From the NCBI GenBank assembly GCA_964016885.1, contig OZ024743.1, positions 360,902,001 through 360,966,000 of the forward strand: DNA of 64,000 bases, read 5' to 3'. Origin of the DNA: Eledone cirrhosa (Eukaryota). Below, in pieces: positions 27,633 to 40,400 of the stretch; positions within the stretch are counted from its first letter, which is position 1; every line of letters begins with the position of its first letter. Made by a program: the position numbers and the translations under genes. Below the pieces are notes generated by a model, which worked only from the letters and a program-made list of their open reading frames with translations, ran no database searches and was not told where the DNA came from.

Positions 27633-29619
27633 ATGGCTAATTCCCCTGTGCACGAAGCAGCTGAAAGCCTTCCTCACAAAATAACACCTCACACCGACAC
27701 CACCATTGTAAATGTTACTACGTTTGCCAACACAAAAAAAAATATAAGCAGTAGCAATATTTTAAATTTGTCTCAGGCAGACATTCATTTCCCGCCATTA
27801 CCAATGACTGCAGGTGTTAAACCCTCCACCACCACCACCACCGCGACAACCACCACCACCACCACCACCACCGCGACAACAGAAACAAAAGAAGAAAAAA
27901 ATAAATTAACTCGTGACGTCGAAATGAAATCAAGCAAAATGGACTCTTCCCCACCAAAGACGTCTGACGTCACCACCACCATAACTGAAAATAAAATTAA
28001 TATTAACGATAGCAACAACAACAACAATGACATTATAAAACCGACCCTCAGTTTCGCCATCGTAGCAAAACAATTCGAAGCGTTCACGGTAACTCAAGAG
28101 GATTTAGAAAATGCCAAACAAATGGTAAAGAAAGATGGGTACAGGGTCAGCCTCACCCCCCACCTAATAAAATGGAGCATCGGCGCCTGTGCACCGTGTC
28201 GTATAGAACAATAAATGTAAAATCGCGCCGAGTGGAACGGGCATCCGAGTCCCAAATCCCAAAAGCTTTGGGACATGTGTGGTCAAGAAAAACCCACATC
28301 AGACGTGGGCAAAAGTATGGAACCGTGGATGTGTTCTTTGAAACACCAGAGGAGCCTAGAGAACACTCCATTGCCCCATTAAAAAGTGACGACCTCACAC
28401 TCGTCCCAAGCTATTGTGGCCAGAGACTCGTAAAGATCAGGGTGACCCACGTTCCACCGGCCATCGAAATTCCCTGGCTAATAGCGGCTGTCATCGCCGG
28501 CATCGAGGCCAACACGAAAATAATAACAATAGCAAAAGAAAAGCAGGAAAACTGGTCCGGATCTGGGATGGAGCTCCTGATCCAAGCGGACCAAAAAAGC
28601 ATTGAGGAGATCCCAGAGGTAATAGACCTCACTGACGGCAGCCACCTCACGGTAATTGTCGAGGGCAGAAGACCTAGGTGTGTCGTTTGTGGTGAAGGAA
28701 CCCACCTAAGGGCTTTCTGCCCTCAGGCTAAAAGGTTGAGGCCACCTCTCCTACCCACCCCAGTGACACAACCATCAACACCACCAGTAGCAGAGATGGC
28801 AGCAACAACTGTAGCAGCAAGAACAGAAGCAACTATAACAGCAACAAACCCAGCAACAGTAGCAAAACCAACACCACTACCACCACCAGCAAAACCAACA
28901 CCACCACTACCCAGCGCTTCAGAACTAGCACCAGCGCCTACACCATCCACAACACCACAACCAAAACTAACGGCTGTGGAGGATTTTCCACTCCCCGGCC
29001 TATCACAACTGGAGACAGATTGTGACGACGAGGAGTGGGAAACGATATCCGGAAAAAAAAAAGAAACCAAAAAAGAAAAAATTCTCTTCCTTCCCCCTCC
29101 AAAAACAAAATACAGAGGGAAACAAATAAACTAAGAAACAAAAAAGTTAGGACAGATATGCCACCATCCAGACCAGCATCACCAACCCCATCAACCCAAA
29201 CACCAACACCATCACCATCATTAACTCCAACACCACCATCACCTACACCACAAAAGTCACCAAAATGCGAAACAGAAACAAACCCACAACAAACGCAAAC
29301 AAAACAAAACAACCAAAACGATACACACTACACAGCATTAAATTTGAACAACAACCAATTATTACACTACATCCAACACAACACCAGCATCACAGAAAAA
29401 GACTACACAACAACCCCAAAATTCACACCACCTCCACACATACAAATCACTCGCATCACACAGAAAACGTACATGACACTAAAAAAATAATTCCCCAAAG
29501 ACATCGGAGACTTCCGACAAGCACTCTCCAGGAGGATTTATAAGGACATCCTTCCTGAGGAGGCCACAAGCAGTGAAAAGGATGGAAAAACCGTCCTTCC
29601 CCTACGAGAAGTAAGGTAA
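27633..29619 (+). pseudogene. Tx1-A ORF1 (gag-like, single CCHC knuckle, Thr/Pro-rich), frameshifted
   Basis: ORFs 27633-28214, 28172-29134 and 29035-29490; CVVCGEGTHLRAFC; homologous to ORF1 pieces at 22496 and 38002-38803. Confidence 0.8.
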
Positions 29620-29653
29620 GTGGTCTTTCCCATCTTTTCCACTCCTTTTCAAC

Positions 29654-32600
29654 ATGACCTCACTCAGAATAGGCAGCATAAATGCGCGTGGCTTGGGGTC
29701 GTCATGGAAGCAGGGCCACCTGCTCAACGACCTCAGGTCACTAAACATAGATGTAGTGGCCATCAGCGAGACCAGAATCTCTGAAGCACAGGCTTTCGCA
29801 CCGATCTTCGGCGGCTACGATGTGTACGCATCTCCCAGCCGTCCGGGATCGGGGGGAGGAGTTGCTGTGCTTTTTCGGAGAGGTTTGGATCTTGCCATAC
29901 GGGCCATCTTCCTGGACCCAGAAGGTAAGTTGGTGGTGCTGGACGTGACCAGCGGAGACGGGCAATCTTTCAGGTTAGTGGCCGTCTATGCCCCGACAGG
30001 AGCAGGGCGGCCTGATTTCTTCCGGCGTCTGGAGACCTTTCTTGGAACGTCCCGCTCTTTAGTGTTAGTGGGCGACTGGAACGGGATCTTAGATGCACGC
30101 TGGGATTGTGTGGGATTAGTGGATAGGGAAGGAGGGTGCAAGAGTCTCACCAACCTGCTCAGACGTTTTGAACTGTCTGACAGGTACCGAATGGATTTCC
30201 CGAATGTACCAATGTGGACTTGGACAAATCGCATAGGGTCATCCAGATCATATCTAGATAGAGTATTTTGTAGGGAAGTAGATAGGTCTAGCATAGGCTG
30301 TCCACAATTCAAGATAGTCAGCTACACGGACCACAAATTCGTGATCTGTGTGCTTGACTTAGATAGGCTTCATAGACAAGGACCCGGCTACTGGAAGCTA
30401 AACGCGTCCTTACCAGCGCGCAAGGCCTACAGAGACCGGATTAGCGAACTAGTTAAGCGGGCGTTGACGGGGGCCATCGTCAACAACAAGTGGTGGTTTG
30501 CTCTGAAAAGAGCAATTAGAATAGAGTCCATTAGGTTTAGTAAGACTTTAGCAATAGAGAAAAATAGAGCAGAGGGAGAATTAGTTAGAAAATTAGATGA
30601 GGCGCTTAGCAAAGGCATCGCGACCGACGTACTTGCGGCGAAATTGGCCCTTGACCAATTCTTCAATGCAAAGCACGAAGGCTGCGTTGTCAGAGCTAGG
30701 GTGCGTGCTCTCAGACACGAGGGGACGAAAGCCGTTCAATGGGCCCGAGTGGCGGAGGCGCGTCGTGGCAACAAAGCCACGATCCGGTCTTTGGTGGACC
30801 ACGACGGGCGCATTCTACTCGACCCCGGGCAAATGTGTGAAGCTTTTCAGCGACACTTCGCTCAGCTGTTCGGGGGCAGTGGCGGGCCGGATCGAGGGAT
30901 GGACTTTAGTGTCTACCTCGACGGACTGCCGCGGCTTTCGGCCACTGAGGCGGAGTGTTGCGAAAAGCCGATAACAACCGCTGAAGTACGGGATGCAATG
31001 ACTAGTTGCACAAGGGGTAAATCGCCTGGTTTGGATGGTCTGCCCTATGAACTTTACGTACAAATGCCAAACTTGTTCGGAGGCCTCTTGGCGGACGTCT
31101 ACTGCAACTGGCAACAGAACGGGAGAATTCCCAGTTCTGTGAGCTGAGGAGCGGTGGCGCTGCTGAGAAAGGATCCGAACAAGGGGGATAACATAGATAA
31201 TTTTAGGCCCATAACTCTGCTAAACACAGAGTTCAAGATTTTGGCCAAGGTGCTAGCAAAGAGGTTGGCGCTTGTCGTTGGTGGTCTGGTGGGAGAGGCA
31301 CAGACATGCGCCATTCCCGACAGATCCATCCACGACAACCTCCACCTCATGCGATACATCGTAGAGAGGGTAGCTAAGGAACCTGGCACGGGTGGGTCTT
31401 TGATCAATTTAGATCAGTCGAAAGCCTTCGATAGGGTCGACCATCGTTACCTAGCGGCAGTCCTGAGGGCGGCTGGCTTTGGGCCCGTCTTCAGAGGCTG
31501 GATCGCTGCCATGCACAGCGACATCTGCTCTGTAGTGAGAGTGAACGGTCACCTTTCGGAACCGTTCAACATCATGCGCTCGGTCCGCCAAGGATGTCCC
31601 CTCTCGTCCCTATTGTACGTATTGACTCTCGAGCCATTACTGCACAAACTGGAGACGTTGAGGGGGGTCCCGCGCGAATTAGGATGCGGAAGATCCGTGT
31701 CAGCATATGCCAACGATGTGACCGTAGTGGTGTCGAACGCCAAACACATCGAGGCGATCGGCACTACACTAAGAGAATACGAAGCGGTGACAGGAGCAAT
31801 GATCAACCAGGAAAAGTCAGTGGGCCTGCAGCTCGGCACCTGGAGAGGCAGGTCCATGCCGTCCAACAGCGTCGTCGGGCGCTGGACGGACGGACCCGTT
31901 AAATTGCTAGGGGTCTGGTTCGGTCCAGACCTGCAGACGGACAAAAACTAGGACGAGGTGACGAGCAGGGTGGCTTCTCTCACCCAGAAATGGGCGGAGA
32001 TAAGCTATCCCTGAAAGGTCGAGCGGAGGTGGCGAATGCGTACATCGCATCCGTCATCTACTACCGCCTGACCGTCGTACCTTGTCCTAAGCCCCGCCTG
32101 ACTGCGCTGGAGCGTTTGCTCTTTCGCTTCTTGTGGAAGGGACGCGCTCCGATGGTCAGGCGGTCCATCTGCTGTCAACACCCGCTACGTGGAGGGCTGG
32201 GCATGCCGTGGCTGATGATGCGCAGACACGCACTCAGGCTACGACATCTCCACCTCTTCCTCGACGGTGATCAGGTGTGGTCGCCGTTTGCAAGACACGT
32301 TTTTCCCCAGCTCGTCTCCTTGACGGAGCTGCAGTCCTGGGTCAAGCGAAGACCGAGAGGGAGCGCTTGGAGACAGGAATGTCTTCAGGCGCTCACAGCC
32401 CTCGACCAATCGGGCAATGTGATCGGTGGAAACTCCACCTTGGCGTTCTATAGGGGATTAGTGGAGGGGAAGAGCGACGACGTACTTGGAGAAACTCTAG
32501 GCGTCGACGAAAATCAACTAGCCAATCTCTTCGGAAGGACTTTCGGGCCGGGGCCTATGGACAACTTCCAGAAATCCCTGGCCTGGCAGTGCTACCGAGG

Positions 32601-33071
32601 ACCTTTGCCAGTTCGGGATAAACTCTACAGGCATGGAGGTGCCGTCAGCCGGGCATGTCCGAGATGCGCGCAGGGCGACGAAACCGTCCTGCACGCACTC
32701 GTCCAGTGTCCGAGCATTGCTGACTTGTGGGTTTATGTCGAACACCTGCTGTCACGTGTAGGATGGATCCAGCTATCAGCTGAGTCCATCGTGAGGATTA
32801 CCCCGCCCCTTCCTTTAGCCTGGAAGGGCAGGCAGTTTTTATCTGTCTGGTGGCCATGGCGAAAGTGATAGTATGGTGGACACGTTTGAAAGGGCTGAAG
32901 ACGAGCACTTACCTCTTCGGTGATGCCCTGATTAACTTTTTCAAATTTCATTTGAAAAGGAAAATCAGGGTAGAGAGGGAGGTGCTCTCTTCCCAGCATT
33001 TTGTTGAAAGATGGGTGAGAGAAGCAAGTATGGCCCGAATGAATGGGCCTTCTCTGAGCATGTGTCTGTAA
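29654..33071 (+). pseudogene. Tx1-A ORF2: APE endonuclease, reverse transcriptase and C-terminal zinc finger, disrupted
   Basis: IGSINARGL, SET, GDWN, SYLDRVF, TDH; RQGCPLS, YANDV (YADD mutated); CPRCAQGDETVLHALVQC. Stops at 31145-31147 and 31949-31951, frameshifts near 31998 and 32810. Confidence 0.93.
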
Positions 33072-33315
33072 ATTAAAGGTGGAAAACTGGGAGAGGGTAC
33101 TTGCCCTGGTGGTCAGGGCCACTGTGGTCTTTAAATGGGCTTTCTCCACAAATGTCCCTTGGAAGTCTCCCCCCTATTGGGGAATTTTTTTCTTTGTTAT
33201 TTTATTTCAACCTCTGTTTTTTTACACGCAGAAATGCCCATTTGTACCGTCCTGTATTGTCATGTACTGTCCTTAATGTCTACTTTATGTGAACCCTTGT
33301 GGTTAATAAAGAAAA

Positions 33316-33370
<55 letters not shown>

Positions 33371-36300
33371 GTTCTTTGAGTCTCAATGCTAGTTAACTGG
33401 AAAGTTTGTTGATATGAATATCAAGCCACTACCTGCAGCCTCAGATATTCAGGACGTATCGGAGGATTCTTGCTGTACCCAGCAAGCATGCCTTTTGAAG
33501 TGTTCCAAAAAGCGGGGCGGGGCCAATTTTCTTTAACCATCCCTGGAAACCTTTTGAGATAGTACCTAGTGCGCCTATGACAATCGGGACCACTTTGACT
33601 TCATGGCAGTTCCAAATCCTTTTTACCTCCCACTATAGGTCCTGGTATCGGTTAATTTTCTCCCTCTCCTTCTCTTGCACTCTCGTGTGGAATGGGCAGG
33701 CCACATCCACAATCAGGCACGATCTTTTTTCCTTGTCCAAAACCACCAGGTAAGGTCTATTGTGTTCCAGTTTCTTGTCCGTCTGTATCCTAAAATCCCA
33801 TAACACCTTCACCTCATCATTTCTATCACCGACCCTGACTTATGCTCATACCACTTCTCAGAATGTGGTAAATTGTTTACTTTGCATAGATGCCAGTGGA
33901 TCACCCTGCCCATCACATCATGTCTCCAGCCTTTATAGTGAGTCTGGGCTAGGTGTTTACACTCCGATACAATGTGAGCCACAGTCTCCTCTCTCTCTCC
34001 ACAGATCCTGCACAGTTGGCTAGCCTCCTCCTTGTAAATATGGTGTTTCAGCCACTTCGTTTTGAGGGCCTGTTCTTGCGCAGCCATTAGCATTCCTTCT
34101 GTAGCCTTTTTAAGGTCTCCTATTCTCAACCAGTTCCATGTCTGTGGATCTCTGAATTCCGTTTTCTCAAAGAAGGTACTATGAAAGGATTTTTCATGAA
34201 GGTTGCTCTTTCATCTTGTTGTTATTTCCTTCGTGGACATCCCCTGGTATATTGTCCTCTCCTTCAGTGCAATTCTGAGCATTGGCTCCTTACTATCGGT
34301 CACGTATTTGTGTAGGTTGTTTTACTCCATCTGAACACAGTCCTCTATGCTGATAAGACCTCTCCACCTTCAGATCTCCTTAAGTAGAGTCTATCGATAT
34401 CACTCCTCTTGTGGAACATGTTGTAGATAATCAATAGCTTCCTAGTTTTCCTATCCATTTCCTTTTGTTCAGCAACATTCCATCTCAGAATTCCCGCACT
34501 GTACCTAATAATAGACACAGCTCGGGAATTTACTGCACTTATGACATTCCTACTGTTCAGATGTGACTTTAATACGCTCCTTACTCTCTGAATGTATTCA
34601 GATCTTATCAATTCCTTCATTTTTTTGTTCTTGATGTCATCAGCCTCCAGAACACCCAAATACTTGTATCCTTCTTCACTGTCAATTTCCTTTATCATCT
34701 CACCTGTTGGTACCTCAATTCCGTTGTTTCTGCTCAATTTACCCTTATTTATCACAAGGACTCCACACTTACAAATACCAAATTGCATACATATATCATT
34801 GCTGAAAATACGGACAGTATCAACAAGTACATCCAACTCCTTCTCATTCTTCTCGAAGAGCTTAAGATCGTCCATGAAGAGGAGGTGATTGATGGTAAGC
34901 TCTCCATTTCCCAACTTGTATTCTGCTCTCACTTTTCGCAGTAATGGTCAAGGGCATCAGGGCAAGGACAAACAACAGAGGGGACAGACTATCTCCCTGG
35001 AAGATATCTCTCTTGATCTTCACGCCTCCCAAGGATTCTCCAGCCGATGTTAACTCTATTTTCCAGGACTTCATACTTTTGTTCAACATGTGTCTGATGT
35101 TATCTGCCACCTTGAAGATCTCTAGGCTTTTCGTGATCCAAGAATGAGGCACCATGTCGTATGCCTTTTTGTAGTCTATCCATCCCATGGCAAGACCAGT
35201 GTGTGTCTCCTCTTGCAATTCCTCATTACCATCTTTTCAATAAGTAACTGGTCCTTTGTACCACGGACTTCTATCGGCATCCTTTCTGTTCGTCCGGTAA
35301 CAAGTTGTTTGTGTGAAGGTGATGGTAGATTTCCCCAGACAAAATGCCAGTCAACAGTTTCCACATTTTTAATCCGATACCCCTGCACACCATCTGGGCC
35401 TGGTGATTTCCAGTTCCTTTTGTACTGTGTCAATCCACACTCCCTGGTCATTATGTTTAACATCCTGCTCCCATATTCCTCTCCAGAATTTCTTAGTTTG
35501 TTCCGCCTCAGGGATCAAGTCGTTTCCTCTTTCTTTCCCTTCAAGCTGTCCAAACAACATCTACGGGCTGTTGGCAAACATGCGGTTCTATCTATACTGA
35601 CTGACTCTGCTCTCGTATCGCCTAATTTTTGCACTCTTTGCTACAATGCGTTGCTTGAGTTCCTCTATGATAATATTTAGCCTTTTCCTCCTAGTGTTGT
35701 ACTTTATTTCCAGTCTATTTTAGTATCTATGTTTTTTAGTGTCCCATTCAGTAGGGACTCAAGCTTTCCAATGTCATTCCTCATTTCCCTGATTTGACCA
35801 TTCAGTTATTTCTTCCACGAAGGTTCTGATCCTTCTTGTTTGTTGTTTCCTCTCGCTTTTATGCCAAGTAATTTCCTCACCGCATTTGCTGTTGCTTTGA
35901 GGATAGTGTTGCCCCTCGCCTCAAGGTATGGGATTACTTTGTTTACCTTAGCTGTTGTTTCTTTAAACTTGTTCCTGTCTACAAATCTTAGGTTCATAGG
36001 TTTCCCACTATCGTTGTTCATTTCATCTACCACTATGTTTAGGATATCAAACAAATTTGTCCTAGCCCGTCAGCATTCATCTCCTCAATGGCTGTATCTT
36101 TGTTCCAGGTATTATTTATTTCAGCATTCAGATCATTGTCTGCTTCGGATGGTTCCTCCGTTCTCTCAACCTCTTCACCTTCATTTCCCACTGGCTCGTT
36201 TGCCTGGCATACTCCACTCTCCATTTCCCACCCAATCTCTCTACTCAGTTCCTCCAGTTCCAGCTCGCTTATCCACCCATTAGTTCTTATTACCTGAGCC

Positions 36301-36650
36301 AGCCGGCCAATTTTGTTCATCTAATCTAAATAGACCAATCTCGTTCCAGATGTTATGCATCCGTTTCCTGTAGCCTTTTTCCTCGGAGTTACTCTTCAGG
36401 TAACATTGCATGACAGTTATATTCAATTCTTTCGTCCAGTTGGTTCTGGTCCCTTTCCTTCTTCTTCCTCCGACACCAGCAGTATTTGGTTTGACAGCCA
36501 GGTCCCTGCTGGGTGAGAGTCAGTCACATGACATTCCAGTCTCCACTTCACCGTTATTCGAACTGTTTAGGTTCGTCATTGAAACACTCTTATCGAGGAT
36601 TGGTGAATGTATGGTTACATAACCACCGGTGATTTGATCACTCTCAGTGA
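33371..36650 (-). mobile_element. Near full-length R4/Dong-clade RLE LINE, family A (single disrupted ORF, about 36579-33441)
   Basis: N-terminal WTKELNITVMQCY..GYRKRMHNIW..GWISELELEEL; RT motifs WIDYKKAYDMVPHSW, IFQGDSLSPLLF, HLLFMDDLKL and YKYLGV; CCHC CRICGEREETVAHIVSEC; RLE. Tail-to-tail with Tx1-A across one ATT/TAA tract. Confidence 0.93.
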
Positions 36651-37448
36651 TTTTAACGTGGCACTATCACGCTGTAGACGAACATAAATAAACAAACAAA
36701 CAAAGTGGAAAAAACCCAAAAGAATAAGCATAAGTTTCATTGTAATGTAATGTCTGACTTAGTTTGTTTTTCTTTTCTTATTTCTTTATTTACGTTTTTC
36801 GTTGCTGCTGTGCTGTTTTGATTTTGATTTTTGATTTTTTGATTTTTTGACCGGGTCATCAAATCAGTCTATTTATATCTTTTTAGCCTTCCTCATTTAG
36901 TGGGAATACTATGATGCCTGTCTTAGCAGGATGTAGTGGGAGAGAATGGCGGCGGTAGCGATAATGAGGCAGTGGTGGTGGTGGTGGTGGTGGTGATGTG
37001 CTAGTAGTACTTAGCAGGAGATAGTGGGAGAGAATAGCGGCGGTAGCGATAATGAGGTAGTGGTGGTGGTGATGTGATCGTAGTACTGTAGTGATGGTGT
37101 TGAAGTTGAAGTAGAAATAGAAGTTGAGGTAACTTGATTAGAGTTTTTGACATGGTAGTGGTGATAGTGGTGGTGGTGTTGTTGGTGGTGAAATTATTTG
37201 CCTGTCTGTCCACATAGCCCTTTTTCTCTTTTTCGACTATAACATTTCTGATCCAAAATTAAATATTAAGTATGGGGCCCTATGCCGTAATGTGATGCGT
37301 TTTCGCCTGCTGAGGGTCAAAACTGTAATCTTATATTTCATTTGTAATAAGAATTATTCTATCATATTTGTTTTAAATAAGTAAAAATCAAAAACTTACG
37401 GGAGCGATTCCATAACGATATATATCCACCATGAAACGCACATGGTGG

Positions 37449-37493
<45 letters not shown>

Positions 37494-37494
<1 letters not shown>

Positions 37495-40400
37495 GGCCGC
37501 ACATGTGTGAAGACAGTACAAATCTGTGGGGGGAAAGGTTCGTAACTTTAAGCTGTTTTACTGTGTCATTTTTTTGTATTTTCTTGTCGTTAACGAAACT
37601 TAAGGTACACATCTTGATTTAAAGAGGGGAAAAATACGTCTCAATATTCGGGCTTTAAGGCCGAATATTCAGCTTTATTTTTTAAAAACTTCGATAAAAA
37701 TCGCTTCTCCAACAAAAAAAAAATATTATGTAAATTTTCGACCTCAGGTCAAAAGTTTAAAGGCAGCCACTATAGATTTCACAACGACAACGACGGCTAC
37801 AGTCATGCTTGTCATCCACTCTACTGAATGTGAAGGCAAAACTAAAAAGCTACCATCACAACCTTCTGTGATAGCAGCAGTATCATCTGAAAACCACATC
37901 ACCACCACCAACACAACAACACCAATAACAACAGCAAGAATGACAACACCAACAATAAGAGCATCAGAAGTACCACATTTGCTGCAGCAGCAGCAAAAAC
38001 AATGCGCTTATTGAATATTGATATTGATATTAGCGATAAAGACGAACAGTTGACCCAAGCGTGGAGGCTAATTAAACGGGAGAAGTCCTGGGCAAACCTG
38101 ACCATCCCGGACGAGGCAATACCGGACATGCAAAGGAGGACGGTGTTCTTTCGATGCATTTCGGTGCAGACGCGAAAAGTGGAACTTGCCAGCCAAGCAG
38201 AGGTCGAGGCTGCTTTGGAGTATATCGGAAATAACGTAGAGTATAAAGCAAGCGGCAAACATTTCGGTACCATCTCGGTACTGTTCAAAACCGAGGCCCT
38301 TGCTATTAATAGCAAGTGACCCCCTGTTGAACGGAACGCATTATCATGCATCCGTCATACATGGCTAAAAGGACAGTAAAGGTACGCTTTCCCAGCATCC
38401 CACCAGGAATGAACACATGGTGGCTGCTGGGATGCGTAATCGAGGAGAGGACAGACACTACCCTCCTGGATATCAAAAGGACAGAGAGAGAGAGGACTGG
38501 TCCGGAATGGATTTGGAGATTCTTCTCCAAATGAAACCGGAGGACATGAACAACATCCCGGATTTTGCCCGCCTGCAGGACGGGACAACAATCCAACTAA
38601 TCACTGACGGAAGAAGGCCGCGCTGCTTCGTCTGCGGGGAAGCAACGCATCTGCAAGCCTTCTGCCCTCAGCGCAAAAAAGCAGGTGGTTGCAAACCTCC
38701 TTTGTTGCCAACGTCAGTGTCAGCACGGAAAGCTGCACCACCACCACCACCAAAAACAACACCAACAAAAACACGGACACCAACATCAAAAACAGCCGGA
38801 TAACCACCAACACCAAAACCAATCCAAGGGGAAAACGAGGAAAGCTCCCCCACTCACACACACACCCCAATAATACACATAGACAAAACAATTAACGCAC
38901 ACACAGACACAGAGACACTCACAGCCACAGACACTTTGTCTTCCAGCAGCGAAGATGAAGGAAAACCCAAAAGTGCAAAAAAACAGAGAAAACTCACAAA
39001 AAAAAGCCCCAACAAAACACAAAACCACACACAACAAAAAATACAGACAGCACTAACGCAAACACTTCCCAATACATCATCACCAACAGCAACATCGACA
39101 CCACCACCACAATCCCCGAAACACAAACAACATAAACAAACACAAGTACAAAAAAACACACAAATACCTGAAATTGCAGACACCTCACCTACAACAAACA
39201 CAGACATACCCGAAACAACACCACCAAAACCAAAACAAATAAAACCACACCAACAAAATGTTAAAAATTTCGTGCTTGTCAGAAAGGCCAACGATAAACT
39301 GATGGCCCTCTTAGTACTAAGCGAGCACATTCAAACATAGGGGGAGATTTTTGAAATGAATTTTGCGTGCCAGAAGATTTGCTTCTGGGCCGAATGTCAC
39401 TCAATTCCTGCAAAGAAATTCGAGAGAGCTTTCCTCAAGACGTGGGAACCCCGAATGTGAAACCCACATCAAGACTTTTAAAGGGGTTCCCAAAAGAAAC
39501 CCCACCAACCATGGAGGTCGAACCACCCGACCTTCACAAGAGCCCGGGAGGTAAGTAAACCTTCCCTCTCTCTCTTAGCTTACCAATATGGCCATATTAA
39601 GAGTAGGAAGTTTAAATGTTCGCGGCCTGGGGTCACCCTGGAAGCAGGGTCGCCTGCTCAACGACCTCAGGTCACTGGAAATGGATATGATTGCCGTCAG
39701 CGAGACCTGAATTTCCGACACGCGCGCACTAGCCCCCATTTTCGACGACTATCAGACTATCAGATCTTCGCATATGCTAGCAGACCGAGAATGGCAGAGG
39801 GGTGGTGGTGGCAGTGCTGTTTAGGAAAGGACTGGATCTCGAGGTAAGGTCGATCTTCCGGGACCCGGCGGTAAGTTCGTGGTCTTGGATGTGAGCCGTA
39901 GTGAAGGTGGTGCCTTTAGACTGCTGGCCGTCTACGCCCCTACATGGGCCGGTCTACCGGACTTCTTTAGGCGCCTGGAGACCTTTCTGGGTACGTCTCG
40001 CCCTTTACTGTCAGCGGGGGACTGGAATGGCATCTTAGACGCACGCTGGGATTGTGTGGCAGTAGCCGATAGGAGCGGTGGGTGCAAAAGCCTCAAGCAC
40101 CTACTCAGCCAGTTCCAACTGTCTGACGGGTATCGACTAGATTTCCCCAATGTGCCAGTATGGAAAGGGGTCATCAAGATCGTATATAGACAGGATCTTC
40201 ATTAGGAAAATAAATGGAAATAGTGTGGGCCGCCCACTTTTTAAAACGGTCGCCTATTCAGATCACACATTTGTGATCTGTACGGTCGACCTAGATAAAA
40301 CGCGTAGGTTAGGACCTGGTTACTGGAAGCTGAACATGTCATTTCCGGCACGTAAGGCTTACAGGGACCGAGTCAACAAATTAGTTAAGCAAAAGTTGAC

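Larger units (their letters stand above)
27424..33370 (+). mobile_element. Full-length Tx1/L1-clade LINE, subfamily A (about 5.9 kb), with (ATT)n at both ends
   Basis: 5' UTR after (ATT)n at 27397-27423, ORF1, ORF2, 3' UTR with aataaa, and (ATT)n tail at 33318-33370. Confidence 0.95.

Noticed and set aside
31145-31951. Tx1-A ORF2 lesions (TGA, YANDV AAC, TAG) could all be turned into sense or ancestral codons by A-to-I editing
   Set aside because: Two of them are simply explained by CpG decay, and downstream frameshifts (about 31998 and 32810) would still break the ORF. There is no RNA evidence.
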